Origin: Setoptus koraiensis
Lineage: Eukaryota > Animalia > Arthropoda
Assembly: GCA_048013815.1 (NCBI GenBank)
Contig: CM106586.1
Location: 20,212,001 to 20,276,000, forward strand
Reading direction: 5' to 3'
DNA length: 64,000 bases
The position numbers and the translations under genes were made by a program. This document shows positions 52,345 to 64,000 of this stretch, piece after piece; position 1 is the stretch's first letter, and the number at the start of each line of letters is the position of its first letter. Under the pieces are notes generated by a model. The model saw nothing but the letters and a program-made list of their open reading frames with translations, was not told where the DNA came from and did no database searches.

Positions 52345-54174
52345 GGCCACAGCAAAATGTTTCATTATAGGCCCGCTCATTCTCTGAGATTCATTTTCTA
52401 TGCAAGCTCCCCAGTTGCGACACAAGCGTATTGTAACAGCGTGTTGTGTAGAGGTCACAAAGGCTCTCTATTGAATCAAACCATTACGTCATTGCGTATG
52501 TGCCTCGACAAAAGACGATGAATGAACGAGTTTCACATATAATACAGTTTTATATGATATAATAATAGATCCCTAAAGAGCTTGCCCCGCAAATCAACTG
52601 CCGCTTCGTTATTCATCATGATTCTCGAAATTCTCAAACTTTCTTGCAGCGTGACAGGCTGACTGACATGCATACATTCGAGTGGCGTGCCTTATGCGTT
52701 TCGTATCCAACGAATACAGTCGAAAATTGTTTCTCTTCAAGAGTATCTCTTGTCACATTGCGTGCCTGTTGATGGCACTAACAATGGAACACAGACAGTG
52801 ATAAATGCCCATTGTCTTTGTCGCTGCACTTATCGAGACAAACTTAAAAAGTTGCAAATATAAAATAATAAGTACACATCTCGTTATATAATGTATAATT
52901 AGGTGCAGTTATGTAGATGATTGGGCACTGAAAAGTTTCAAGTTTGAAAGTTTTAAGTTGCCAACAACATAGTGCCAAGCCGCGCTGAATTAATTAATTA
53001 GCTGTTGTTGGTGTGAAGAATGATCGCGAGAGGCGCTAATGACGCGCCACAGAGTGCGCAACACAGCCTGAACTCAGTTGTTCAATTAATTATGAGCCGA
53101 TGTTGCATTGAGCCGACGTGTGTTGTGCGGCTCGTGAGTTTGTGTTAGGCTCACTCAGTGTCACTTGCAGAGGTCAAGAGGCGCCCCCACACGATTGTCT
53201 CTTGCAGAACTATGGGCCAGTGCCAAAGTGAAACAGCTTCGAAGAAAAGTAACTCTTTTTGTTACCGTGAGCCAATGTTTGTCTTGGCGTGTATCTTGAT
53301 GAAGTTTATCTCGATGTGTCATTAGTAGCAGAGTATTTTTAGTTTGTTGAATCAAAATTGTCAAAATGCAAGCTCGTCTTGCCCACGGTCGCTGGATAAG
53401 CGACGATGGATGATGTTATGCTGTCCATCGGGCTCGTTGAACAAGTTGATTAGGGCAATTGTCTCTATAAACTATTCTCAGACGATTACACCAGCAGCCG
53501 AAAAGAGTTGCCTTCACATTACTCACGTCGTGACACCTGAGGGAGAGAGGGGGCAAAAGCCAGAGTTGGCTGCATCTGCACTCTTGACTGTCTAGTTTGC
53601 TGGCTGTCACATAACACGGTTGCATAACAACAAAACTAGAATTCCAAGGCACTCGAGGCATTCGTTGATTGAGCTCAGTTTTTATTAGTATTGTGGCGAG
53701 CGTAGACAGTGACAGACAGGTTATTATTAATGATTGAGAGCAGCCAAGAGACTGTCAGCGTCGCATAAAACCAACGTTACAGTTGAAGTAGAAGTAAAAG
53801 TTTTCAATTTATAGTTGGCACACAAGGCTCTGTAGTTACCACTCGTCCCATTGACTGCAATTGCGTAATATCAAAGATAATCAAAGATTCACCTCACTAT
53901 GTCAAAAGCAGGAATATTCGGTCGGTGCCTGATATTGATGTTTGCAGCATTGCTATTCATGCTTCTAGTGTAACTCTCATCCATAATCTCTGCTCGCCTC
54001 CCCCCCCTTCCACTGACACAATCAGTGAGCCGAAAAACTTTTTCTGCCACCATCACCGAGACTTGTTGTCATTCAATCAGACACCAACAAGACAGTGCCA
54101 ACAACATAATATAATACCCTCAAGTACCCAACAACCAACTAATTAACCAACAAATTAAATCAACCAACGCAAAT

Positions 54175-54687
54175 ATGGAACGAAACGTGTTTCTCAATAT
54201 ATCCATTGTTGTGCTGCTTATAGCCACAATAACCCTTTTGCAACAGGTACAATTGAGCGAGGCCAAATGCTCAAAGTCGGACGAAACGGCCGTCAAGTGT
54301 TACGTTGTCAATCAAAACCAGCCCAAGAGCCGAGTCAAAGTGGCCAACAATATTAAATTTGCCGACGTTATATATAACGTGGCAAAATATTACGATGAAT
54401 CAGGCTCAAGTTGTGCCCCGCCAACAAATAGCAATCAGAAGCAACAACAAACTAGCAATGGAAAACAAGCCACAGAGATAACGCGCCTCCTCAATGAAAA
54501 AGTCACCAGATCCGGCGATGATGCGGCCAAAATGTATCCATTGAGAGACACTAAAGACTCTAATGAGGCGCGTCTCAAATTGAGTGACTCTTCGTGTGTC
54601 TTTGTCAAGGTAGACACTTGTAGGACAGCATCCACTGGCTTTGCTTTGGACTGTTCAAAAGTTCTTAGAGTTAGCACTGTAGAATGA
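54175..54687 (+). CDS. Orphan secreted protein, 170 aa, 6 Cys
   Basis: Single ATG-initiated ORF with signal peptide MERNVFLNISIVVLLIATITLLQQVQLSEA. AATAAA lies at 54704-54709. No recognisable domain. Confidence 0.8.
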   Translation: MERNVFLNISIVVLLIATITLLQQVQLSEAKCSKSDETAVKCYVVNQNQPKSRVKVANNIKFADVIYNVAKYYDESGSSCAPPTNSNQKQQQTSNGKQATEITRLLNEKVTRSGDDAAKMYPLRDTKDSNEARLKLSDSSCVFVKVDTCRTASTGFALDCSKVLRVSTVE

Positions 54688-54860
54688 GCACCAGTTCGCG
54701 TTTAATAAAGTGCCCACGAGGCTGTGTGGAATCAATAAATAAATAGAGAAATAATAAATAACATAGAGATGTTACATGTGTCAACGTTATTTTTAGAAAT
54801 GTCTTATTGTGGAATTCAATGGTCACAGGCAAACTTGTGGATGATTTTGTTCGAAACATC

Positions 54861-56316
54861 ATGAGTCTCTTTCAACGCGAAAAACCGATACTGTAAAATT
54901 GGTGGCTCCAAAATAGCTATAAATATAACAATAAATATAATTACAAGCAACTCTGGCAACTTGGCATCGATTTTTCCGAGAGCAACCCGAGAAATCGTCT
55001 TCTCAAATAGCAATTGTCTACTAGCGTAAAATTTCCGTAGAGTAGAAATAAAGAATTTGATTAAAACTTCATTATTCGCCCTTCTAGTCTGCGTTGGACT
55101 GTTCTCTGACAGGGTCTATGCTTCGCCAGAAAATGGTGGCTACCAGACACATAGTTCAGAACCTGAAATATGGACTAAAGAAATATGTAGAGATGCGTTC
55201 CGAGGTATCAGTTCCATAAGAGAGTTTGAGTTTTATGCCAACAAATTGCTCAAAGATGCTGATGTACAATCAACTGAGTCTCAGCAAGAATCAATCATCG
55301 GCGATGTAAAGATAGATACGCCAACATTCAATAGATGTATGCACAGTGTCGATGGCATTGGTGATCTTAGGAAACTTCGAGATATCGTTGATCAATCAAC
55401 GCGTATCAAGTCAGTTTGTCAAGCGAACTATGCCGATAAATTGTTAGAATTCGATAGGACGATGAAGGAAAACGTGGCACACAATAAGGTTTTATTTATC
55501 ACTAGCAAACAAAAACATAGACTGTCTCGTTTCTTCAGTTTGTTCGCTGGCCAAGTTGTGCTGACTTGCAAGAGGTCGCTTGCCAAAAAACTAGAGCAAG
55601 CTGAGAAGAATAATGAAGAGTTGGCTAAAAGCATTGAATTTGTTCTAGAGTCCGCAACCACCAGAGATAATTTACGATTGCAACAGTCAGCCGGCCTGAA
55701 TAACAAATTTTCAGCCGACGTGAATTCTCTATTGAAGTTGGCCTTCAAGAGTGAAGTAAAGCCATTCAACACAGTGGAGAATATGATATTATTGAACTCA
55801 ATGAAATTCGAACCGGACTCGGCTTTTTCTATTGGTGTGACAATAAATGATGTTTCTAAATTGGAGGCATTCTCGAAAACGAGACAAGCCTGCTATCTGA
55901 TTGATTCCTATAGTCAAAACTCCATCTATGCAATACCCAGACTAGCATGGAGAGGCTATTTGGCTGCAGACGCGAATATGGGTGTTGATACCAGTTTGGC
56001 CAATGACGAACGCGTGCAAAAGTGGATAAAAGCCATTCAATACTGCCAAGGCGTTCTACTAGTCGATGTCAAAGTTGATATCGAGCAAGAAGAGATAATC
56101 AAGCTGGATAAAGGCACATCGAATGATCAGTCTATAATTATTGATTTGGTTAGGATGGATAAAGAAAAAGACAATCGAAATGGGAAGCAGCCTGCTCACA
56201 TCTACGAAGGCGAGGACACTTTCGATGAATTGGACGCCGATCTGAGATGCTACACCTATGCTGGCGGTCTCAAAGGATGGCTATTGAAGCGAGTGGATGA
56301 ATACTTGTTCGAGTGA
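54861..56316 (+). CDS. Orphan secreted protein, ~435 aa, predicted helical with spaced Cys; may continue into a TM-encoding ORF at 56313
   Basis: The 419-codon ORF 55057-56316 lacks an N-terminal ATG but has signal peptide-like KTSLFALLVCVGLFSDRVYA. Acceptor TTCCGTAG| at 55040 plus candidate exon 54861..54892 (ATGAGT...CT|GTAAAA, phase 2) gives MSLFQREKPILVEIKNLIKTSLF.... The first exon is tentative because the donor is weak. Confidence 0.7.
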
Positions 56317-56656
56317 ATGTCGAAGATAAATCGTTCAAACAATCGCTGATGCAAGATTATCAAGATCCTGAAGGCGAGGTGCAATTCGGTGGCTCTGTGG
56401 CGACCATGGCTACATCAACAACTGCGACTCACGTTTCAACTGCTGCCGCTGTAGCCCATCACCACTATCTTGGTGGCTCGTTAGGCGCTGAAATCGGTAC
56501 GATTTTTGGCATCGCCACAGCGTTTACATTAATTTTTGGCCTGATAGCACTTTTGTTTAATTACTTGGGTAGTCCTTCTCTTGGAGATTGTGTGTCTGTG
56601 TCTCTGCTTCCAACTACCTGTGCCACTTTGCACAGGTAAACTTCTTACGCAATAAT
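56313..56656 (+). CDS. Short ORF with one transmembrane helix, overlapping the stop of the upstream gene in a different frame; either its C-terminal part or a separate microprotein
   Basis: Thr/Ala/His-rich linker followed by EIGTIFGIATAFTLIFGLIALLFNYLG. A possible 65-nt intron (G|GTAGTC...TTTGCACAG|GT) would end it ...LGKLLTQ*. The start is unresolved. Confidence 0.4.
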
Positions 56657-57164
56657 AAACATTTAGTATATACTACACACAAGGCCTCACTTGCACCCCT
56701 GCATATCGTTGTCGATGGAAACTTGCTCATATGTAACAATACATTGGCACAAGCGTATAAAAATGTCAAAATAGCTTGTCAGACAATGCGACACAACAAA
56801 TGCACACAATAAATCACCTGAGCTGAGCTGATGATGTGCACTCATTAATAACGTCTCTCTCTCTCTCTCTCTCTGACATAATAACACCGTTATCTTATCT
56901 CTCAACTTGTTGTTGTTCATCTAATCACCATCTGAACAGCTGGTAAATTCTGTCGAAACGCCGCCTCAATCTAGAGAACAATCTAAAGGGTTGTTAGCGC
57001 TGCTAACATAAGCTAGATAATCTCTGTCCTAATCGGATTTCATTCTCTGTATTGATGTGTAGCGATTCGACGCAAAATCTAAAATTATTAGAGCATTTTG
57101 ATGCAGTACATTGATTTACACGTTAATTGTTTTTGCTTGATACACAAATAATTTGAGGGTCAAG

Positions 57165-57942
57165 ATGATTCCAGTCGCTCTAATGAAAAATGGCAGTCTC
57201 GCTCTAATTATAGTAACATTACTTCTATGCGAAGTCAATCGGTTCGGCTCAATCAATGCCAATCCAGTCTCAGATGCAGCTGCAAATGAAAATAATAATT
57301 CCAACAAAGAATACTGGAATAAGAGGCGGGAGGAATTTTACAGTAACACCACTTTCAACCTTTCCGATGTAAGATCTTCAGTAACTTTCTAGCAGCAAAA
57401 GCGCTCGCTGTCTATTAGGTAATCTTTCCCTTAGTTTTTAATGGCCTAAACTATAATTCCATTGATCCCATAGAGTGCGAAAGAATTAATAGGCTCCAAA
57501 TATGGACCAAAGAGTTCACGACTCCCTTTCTGGTTTGATTACGAGCTGTTCAAAGCAGTCTTCGACAAAACAAACGCAACACCGGAGGAAGACTTGCAGA
57601 AACACTATAATTATGTCCGAACTTGCTTCGATGTACTCATCAAGAGAGTCGCCTATCGTATGCTGACCACAGACGAGCTAGCCATGATAGATAAATATGC
57701 CGATGAGGTTAGTATAGTTGAAGTGAACTAGCTTAATCAGATTAGTGCCAATCACGCGATTAATCTCACATCACATTCAATCTTCTTTGTATTTTCGCAA
57801 GTTTGCTTTAAAGCCTACTGATGATAATCAAAAAGCGGCCCAAGACCCCATAAATCTCGGATTGTCCTTGGTTCAAGATGAAATTAACAAGATAAGAAGC
57901 AAAAATCAATTAAAGCAAACGCTCATAGTACTAAATGTATGA
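57165..57942 (+). CDS. Orphan secreted protein, 192 aa, 3 exons
   Basis: Model join(57165..57368,57474..57707,57802..57942). Introns GTAAGA...CCATAG (105 nt) and GTTAGT...CGCAAG (94 nt) are both phase 0, and all exons are open. Leader MIPVALMKNGSLALIIVTLLLCEVNRFGSINA. Confidence 0.8.
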
Positions 57943-58398
57943 TTGTTCAAAGACGAGACTGGCTAGTCTAAATAACTGATTTGTCCAAATGATTATTTAC
58001 ACCGTCTTTTCTTCTTTCATCATTAAATTGATTTGTATGTAGGAGGAGGAGGAAACAGGTCATGTTATCGATGGAGTGATGCCCTGGGAAAAATAAATTT
58101 GGGTAAGAACTAATTCTCTCCTTCATGAATATCAAGATTAGTAGATTGGATGTGAATTGAGACCAAGTAGTAAGCTACTGTATTCATCGAGCAGACAAAT
58201 AAAGGCTGCCGATTGAGAAATAAAATGTGAGCTTGAAAGATAGCTCGAGCCTCGAGCTCATAGTTTATTTGCATGGTGTGCTTACATAAAAGATATATTT
58301 ATATACTAAAGATCCTAATTACTAAGGTCGTAATAAACTTTACGCTACTATACACCAATTCATGATACAGTTATTTACAAATGAATATAAAATTAAAG

Positions 58399-61185
58399 TT
58401 ATACCAGAGTATGCTTTTCGTGTGTCCTCTCAACAGTCTGTCTACTCCTCGGTTTCGCATATTCTGTCTTTGCACGATTATACGTAACACTGTTGATGGG
58501 AGAATTGATGGGAAAGAATGGTGGTTAGCTTGCTGTTATTCGTGTAAATAGGAGATCAGTATTCATTATCTGTTATTAACTTACTTAGAAGGAATCTTCA
58601 AAGATGACTCGGAATTGACGCGAGTGGACGGTGGACTGTAGTGAGCATTGAGACCAACATTGTTTGGAACAATCATGTAATCTATATTTGGATCGCTATG
58701 AACATCACTTGTGGAGAACAGAAGAGTAGTTTTGTGTTAATAGTTGGTTAAATAGTTTTCTTTCTGATATGTTGCGTGAGTAATTAAAGCTCAAGATTAT
58801 CAATCAAGTTATTCAAGTTCAAGTTAATATTACCTTTTAACTTTGCAATAGAAACATGAACATAATAGAATGATGAATAGTAATACAATCGAAACGATGC
58901 CAACAGTGTAGGAAACTGTCTTGTAGGCCCTGAGTTCTAACTCTAAAGGTGAGTATGACAATGACCAGGTATAGGGCTCTCTAATCAATAGCGTGTCAAT
59001 ATAATCATTCCAAAATTGAGCGCTCTTTTGCTTATAGTCTCTAAACATGGAGCTAGTGTGATTGGTGCCATTAATAGATAGATAGCGCTGATCATTGATT
59101 GAAGCTGGTTCCCATCTCATTGTATTGAGTATGGCGTAAGGAGTAGGATTGCCTCCACGAGCAAAGTTACCGAACGCCTCCATAAAGAATCTACTCATAT
59201 TTCTATCAGATTCTGTCCACTGAGCATCTTTAAGATTATACATGGGCGGAAAGTATTTGGGATCTAGGAAGGGCGCACCAGAGACCAAAAAATACTCTGT
59301 ATCGTGCGGTACACCCATCCAGCCCTCGGACCGAACAAGTCCCTCTATTGTGTAGTTGAGCACATAGGAATAAGTTGGAATCTTTCTTGACAACAGCGCC
59401 TTCACCATCTTGTCGTGACCCGATACTACCCACGAGTCTGTGTACAAATCTATGAGGCCCTGCCTGTAAAGACTATAGTTGCCCCTGTCAGACCATGGCG
59501 AATACATGAAGTTGAGCGCCTTCAAAAATGCCTGCTGATTTTGAGTTGCATTAAAAGTCTTGACATAGGTTCGAAGTTTTCTCACAAAGAAATCAGGTGT
59601 CACTTCGTAGTTCCTTAGCATTGCGTCCTCATCCTCCAGCAGATAAGTTGAACCATCGTCTCTTGTAACTCCAGACATGTAGGCAAAGCCATCGAGGAAA
59701 TTCGAATAGGTATTCGTATAGGTATCAATAAGCGAACCTGAAACAAGAGCGAAATCCCTATCCCGAGTCGTAGAATCTACCACATGTGTGTAAGGCAGCC
59801 AACCCACTTCTGGCTCCACTTCTGTGGTGGTGAAGTCATTGTAAGCCCTGCTTTCCAAGCACCTCATAAGCGAGAATGTATCCTTAGTGTAACACCCAAA
59901 ATGCTCTCCAATAACAATACTGGTATTTCTGACAAATAGCGGATTCTCTTGAACGGCCCAAGCGGCGAGAGCTGACCCACTCTGAGCAATTACTCTCTTG
60001 ACAAGATGCTGAGAACGGGGCGATATAGCCAATAAGCCAGCGGCAGCAGCACCAGAGCCCGAACCCCACAAAGTGATTCGTTGGGGATCTCCATTGAATG
60101 CTTGGATATGGTCTCGAACCCAATGCAAAGCGGACAATTGATCTGCAAGACCGTAATTTCCAGCTGATGAATTATCTCCTGTTGCCATATAACCCAAAAC
60201 GCCAAGTCTGTAATTAAAGGTGACCACTACAACCTCCTGAGAGGTGGACAGCATGTGGCCCGGGAAAATGTTTCCACTGCCGTGATCAAACCGACCTCCG
60301 TGTATGTGCATTATCACAGGATAAAGATTGACAGGACGAGGACGCACCTGATCAAATATATGATGATTGAATGAATTTTTAGCGAGTTAATCAGTTATAT
60401 AATACTAATGTCGCCAATTATGTAATGTCTCCTAGACACAGTGTTTATGCTATGTGATGTATACTTACAGCGGGTGTGAATACGTTCAGATACAGGCAAT
60501 CTTCACTTGTTTCGGGAATTCCTTTGTCTATACCTGTGTACTTGACAGGCTGAGGACATGAGCTTCGATAGGTAGTCGCGGGCCATGTAGGCCATCTTTC
60601 TACAGGTTGGGGTAGTTTGAATCTGAGACCGCTTTCTTTAAGAGGGGGCCTGGCGTAGGGTATGCCCAAGAAGACAGACACATTCTTGAATATTTTCTCA
60701 TCGGCACTGAAAAATGGCCTGGGCGTTTCAAAAATCTTGTTGCGATTAGGTCTTTGGGGAAAACCAGACAAAGCTCGATCGGTGAGTAAAATTGTTTTGC
60801 CTGTCACTGGACCTAGTGATGTGGCCACTGTGACAGAAGTTTCCAAGTTTTCCGGATTTAGGAATGTATCGTGAATTCCTCCTAGATATTGTGCCTCGAT
60901 AGTATTTGAGAGTAGCACCACTATTGCAAAAATAAATAATATGTAAAAATTGAGAATAGATTTGCAGCAGTAATTTTCAGAGGGAATGTCACTAGAAGTC
61001 GCTTGGCAGTAATGGATGAGACTCCGTTTGTTCCCTCTACAATGAATATTCTTATCAATGTGTTTGTCAGACATGAGGAAAGTAGTGGCGTATCTTTGCC
61101 TCTTGCGACATTTGTTTTGATCAGGCTTCGTTTCAGGTGGATGACTCAATCTGCCAATGAGATAACTTTCGTTCGTTAAATACAT
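58399..61185 (-). CDS. Gli: Gliotactin-like non-catalytic cholinesterase-like adhesion molecule (neuroligin/gliotactin family), ~814 aa, one TM helix and a PDZ-binding C-terminus
   Basis: FLGIPYARPP, SEDCLYLNVF, HIHGG, FPGHMLSTSQEVVVVTFNYRLG, RVIAQSGSALA and SGAPFLDPKYFP...WTESDRNMSRFF match Gliotactin as I recall it. The nucleophile elbow is WGSGSGA, with Ser replaced by Gly. Model complement(join(58399..58489,58585..58707,58834..60347,60469..61185)), introns of 121, 126 and 95 nt, phases consistent, ending ...EKHTLV*. Start codon uncertain. Confidence 0.9.
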
Positions 61186-62953
61186 CTTTTAAAATAACAG
61201 TAATACTGTACATAACATGTAAAAATAATGAACAATTGTTTCAAACTTTCCAATGTATTGCGTTGATTGAAACTATAGATAAAATATATTGCACATAGCC
61301 TTTGTAGCCTAGAATGTTACCAGTATTAGTTGCTTCAAGAAAAACTTTTCTCTCTCAATTTTGTGAATGGAATGCTGTGATGATCTTCGCTTATATCACA
61401 ACTACATACTTGTTATTTGCGAAAGTTAAACTAATGACGAGACTAATGGTGACATGGCAGAGTCATTCGGGTGGTCTTAAATTTTGATTCAATGGTTAGT
61501 CTAGGCAATTTGGAGAAAAATTTCTAATTTATTGCTAGCTGTAGGCACACGTGGTGCTAGTCTGTAGGGCAGGTAGTCAAATGGAGCCGTTTGACAACAT
61601 TTCGCAAGTAGGTTGGAGATTTTTGAGGGTGATTAGTTGTAGACACAACAACTTTCATGCTGTTATATTCTTGCTAGTTGACATTTGTGCAAATGTGATG
61701 CAAAGTGGCTAAAATGATGTGAGATGTGTGTATCTCAGAGACGGTATTTCTGGATAATGGTGTAATAGTGTACGTAATTCATTTAGCAAGTAGTTGATGA
61801 GGAATGATCAGATGCGACACTTATGATGATGCACTCATGATTGTACCGATATATGATTGCATGTTAGTTTTGTCGCTAAGGCAACGGCGGGTCTTTGTTA
61901 CTCGCATCGAAGGTACACACACCAGCAAGCTTTTATCAGAAACGAAATGAGCCGAAGCTTACGCTTGTTTTCCTACTCAGCATAACATTATAATGCAATC
62001 CCCATATATCTAAAACCTGATAGGCATTGTCAATATTAGTAATGACACAATTTTTTATGGTGATATCATAGTAAAATGAGCGTTATTATACAGAGAGTGA
62101 ATGAATGAAAGGGAGAGAGTGAGAGAGAGATTCATTTAGCAGCCAACGTTCAATTCATAAGCGTCATAAGAATGATGAAAATTTGATGCCATAACTATAT
62201 CAATATAATCATCATTATTGTGTGAGCATTGTGAGAGTCCGATAAATGTGTGACTCCGCATGATAAATGGATGCTTTTAGCTTAAGGCACTAAACAAACA
62301 ATCATTGATGGGTAAGATTGGAATCGTGACTTGGTGGACTTTCGTTGATTATGCGCCTGTTATGTTCGTTTGCCGTTAGAAGCTCTCGCTTTTGTTGTGT
62401 TTTTGTAATATAATATGGGGCTCATAGTGATCACCAGATCAGGATCTGGATTAGATAATAATAATTTGCTGCTGATTTCTTGAAATGGTTTACGTATGCA
62501 AAATTGCTCAATGAGCCACACAGGCTATCATGTCTATCAATGGTGTGAGTGTAAAAGTGTGAGTCCCTGCATTTGTTATTGTTTCGCTGATTTGATATTG
62601 ACAATTAGCCCTGAAGCGAGTATCTTGATGAGCACAGCGACATTCGGCTGGTTGGTTGATTGTCTGACATTGTGATAGCTGTCAGCGGTAACCCAAAACG
62701 ACGATAATTGAACGCGACACTTATTGGCAACAACTTCGTTACTGTTGACAGTGAACGATGAAAACAGTAGCATAAAACACAAAACAGTTTACAGTGTGAG
62801 ACTTACTTTTCGTTGTAGAATGGCAATCGCTGGTTGCTGTGAGCAAATGAACCTGACATCCAGTTTGGTGGTTACAAGTTTTGTATATTCAAACGATGAA
62901 TTGATCTAATATTGTTTGCTGATGGTATCGCCGTTAACGCCCGCCCCAGGCTT

Positions 62954-63001
62954 GATATACGATGTGATATACGATGCGATATACGATGTGATATACGATG
63001 T
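62954..63001. repeat. 12-bp tandem repeat GATATACGATGY x4
   Basis: Four units read directly; they explain the DIRCDIRC ORF. Confidence 0.9.
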
Positions 63002-63472
63002 GATGCGTTGTGGCTAATTACAGCTACTAACCACAACATCTATTTGAGTGACGCTGTTGAATGCTGTCTGCGACAGATGTGTCGTATGGGCGATGATTCG
63101 GCCTGATGTGAGTCGCTGTTGATGGGTTTTTCATTTAATTCTCTTGTTTGTTTGTTTGTGTTCACTGCATACATTGGGTGTTGTGACATAATCTTGCGTT
63201 AGTTTTATCGTCGCTTGCTGTGTGTCACTGCCTCATTTTCTCTCATTGTATTTAGATAATTAATATTGTTGTCATCATGGTCGTCGTCTCCAATTATCAT
63301 TATTATCATAGTAGCAGCACAGTGATAGCAGTGTCCGGACAATACCCAATTCAACAATAACAACAATAATGGCAATGCCAATGATTGAATAACACTTGCC
63401 CAGTGTATGCTGCGGTGGTGTGACACAACTGTTGGTTCTCACAACAACTCAAAATGTTTATAATAGCGAGCG

Positions 63473-63507
<35 letters not shown>

Positions 63508-64000
63508 CTCGAAGCCTTCGAAAATGTTGCATTCGTGTTTGAGTTTAATAAAGAGAATTCCTAGAATTATACAATAATAATATTAGTACAAGTGGAGATA
63601 TAATATATATATATATATATTCTTTCCAGATGAGAGAACAGCTTCGGCCGTTGTGGACTGCACTGGGTTGTAGCACTGTGGCACAAGTGGTCTCAATATG
63701 CTGTTGCATCAACTGCACTGGCCACCAGGGTGTGTGCAGACCTGTTGACTTGGTTGCATCAAGAGGTGCGTTACACTCCACTGCTAACGCTACATGCCAT
63801 TGCTCCTAACTGGTTTTAATTCACCCAGCCAGGGTATACCCGGTAGTCGGCGCGACACGCCTCGCAAATCACTGGTGTGATGTGACTCGCAGGACGCGTC
63901 CTCACTTGGGTTCCGTCAACGCGTGCTTACACCAACTAACACGACTATTACACAATCTGTACTGTATCATAATAGCATCAACCACATTCATCGATCGGCT

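Noticed and set aside
53330-53560. Strong minus-strand acceptor, a possible 10-nt micro-exon and a short open frame FIETIALINLF...
   Set aside because: No coherent gene model could be built.
63629-63811. Cys-rich 59-codon ORF after a strong acceptor
   Set aside because: It is short, has no signal peptide or known Cys pattern, and its context is truncated by the window edge.

Overview
Eukaryotic, intron-containing arthropod DNA. The short GT-AG introns (about 90-150 nt, a few longer), tight gene packing and ShakB- and Gliotactin-like genes suggest a compact-genome mite, but this is inference. The window has two compositional halves. Bases ~1-33,000 are GC-rich, full of GGGCCC/GGCC words and short tandem duplications. 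The only gene I can support there is a giant, Q/N/S-rich, apparently disordered protein of about 2,100 aa (minus strand, 11388-18583) carrying AKAP-like helices and an LC8-type TQT motif. Bases ~33,000-64,000 are AT-richer and gene-dense. They hold FAM91A1, a ShakB-like innexin, hydroxyacid oxidase, NUP42/NUPL2, a large secreted Tyr/Ser/Gly-rich protein, a small secreted Gly/Tyr-rich peptide with a C-terminal Gly, three tandem orphan secreted proteins, and a 4-exon Gliotactin-like gene. I derived the exon structures by hand from splice signals and reading-frame phase. No rRNA, tRNA, CRISPR array or transposase is recognisable. The best leads are the orphan secreted cluster, the Gly/Tyr peptide, the disordered scaffold, the in-frame N-terminal extensions and the compositional boundary.
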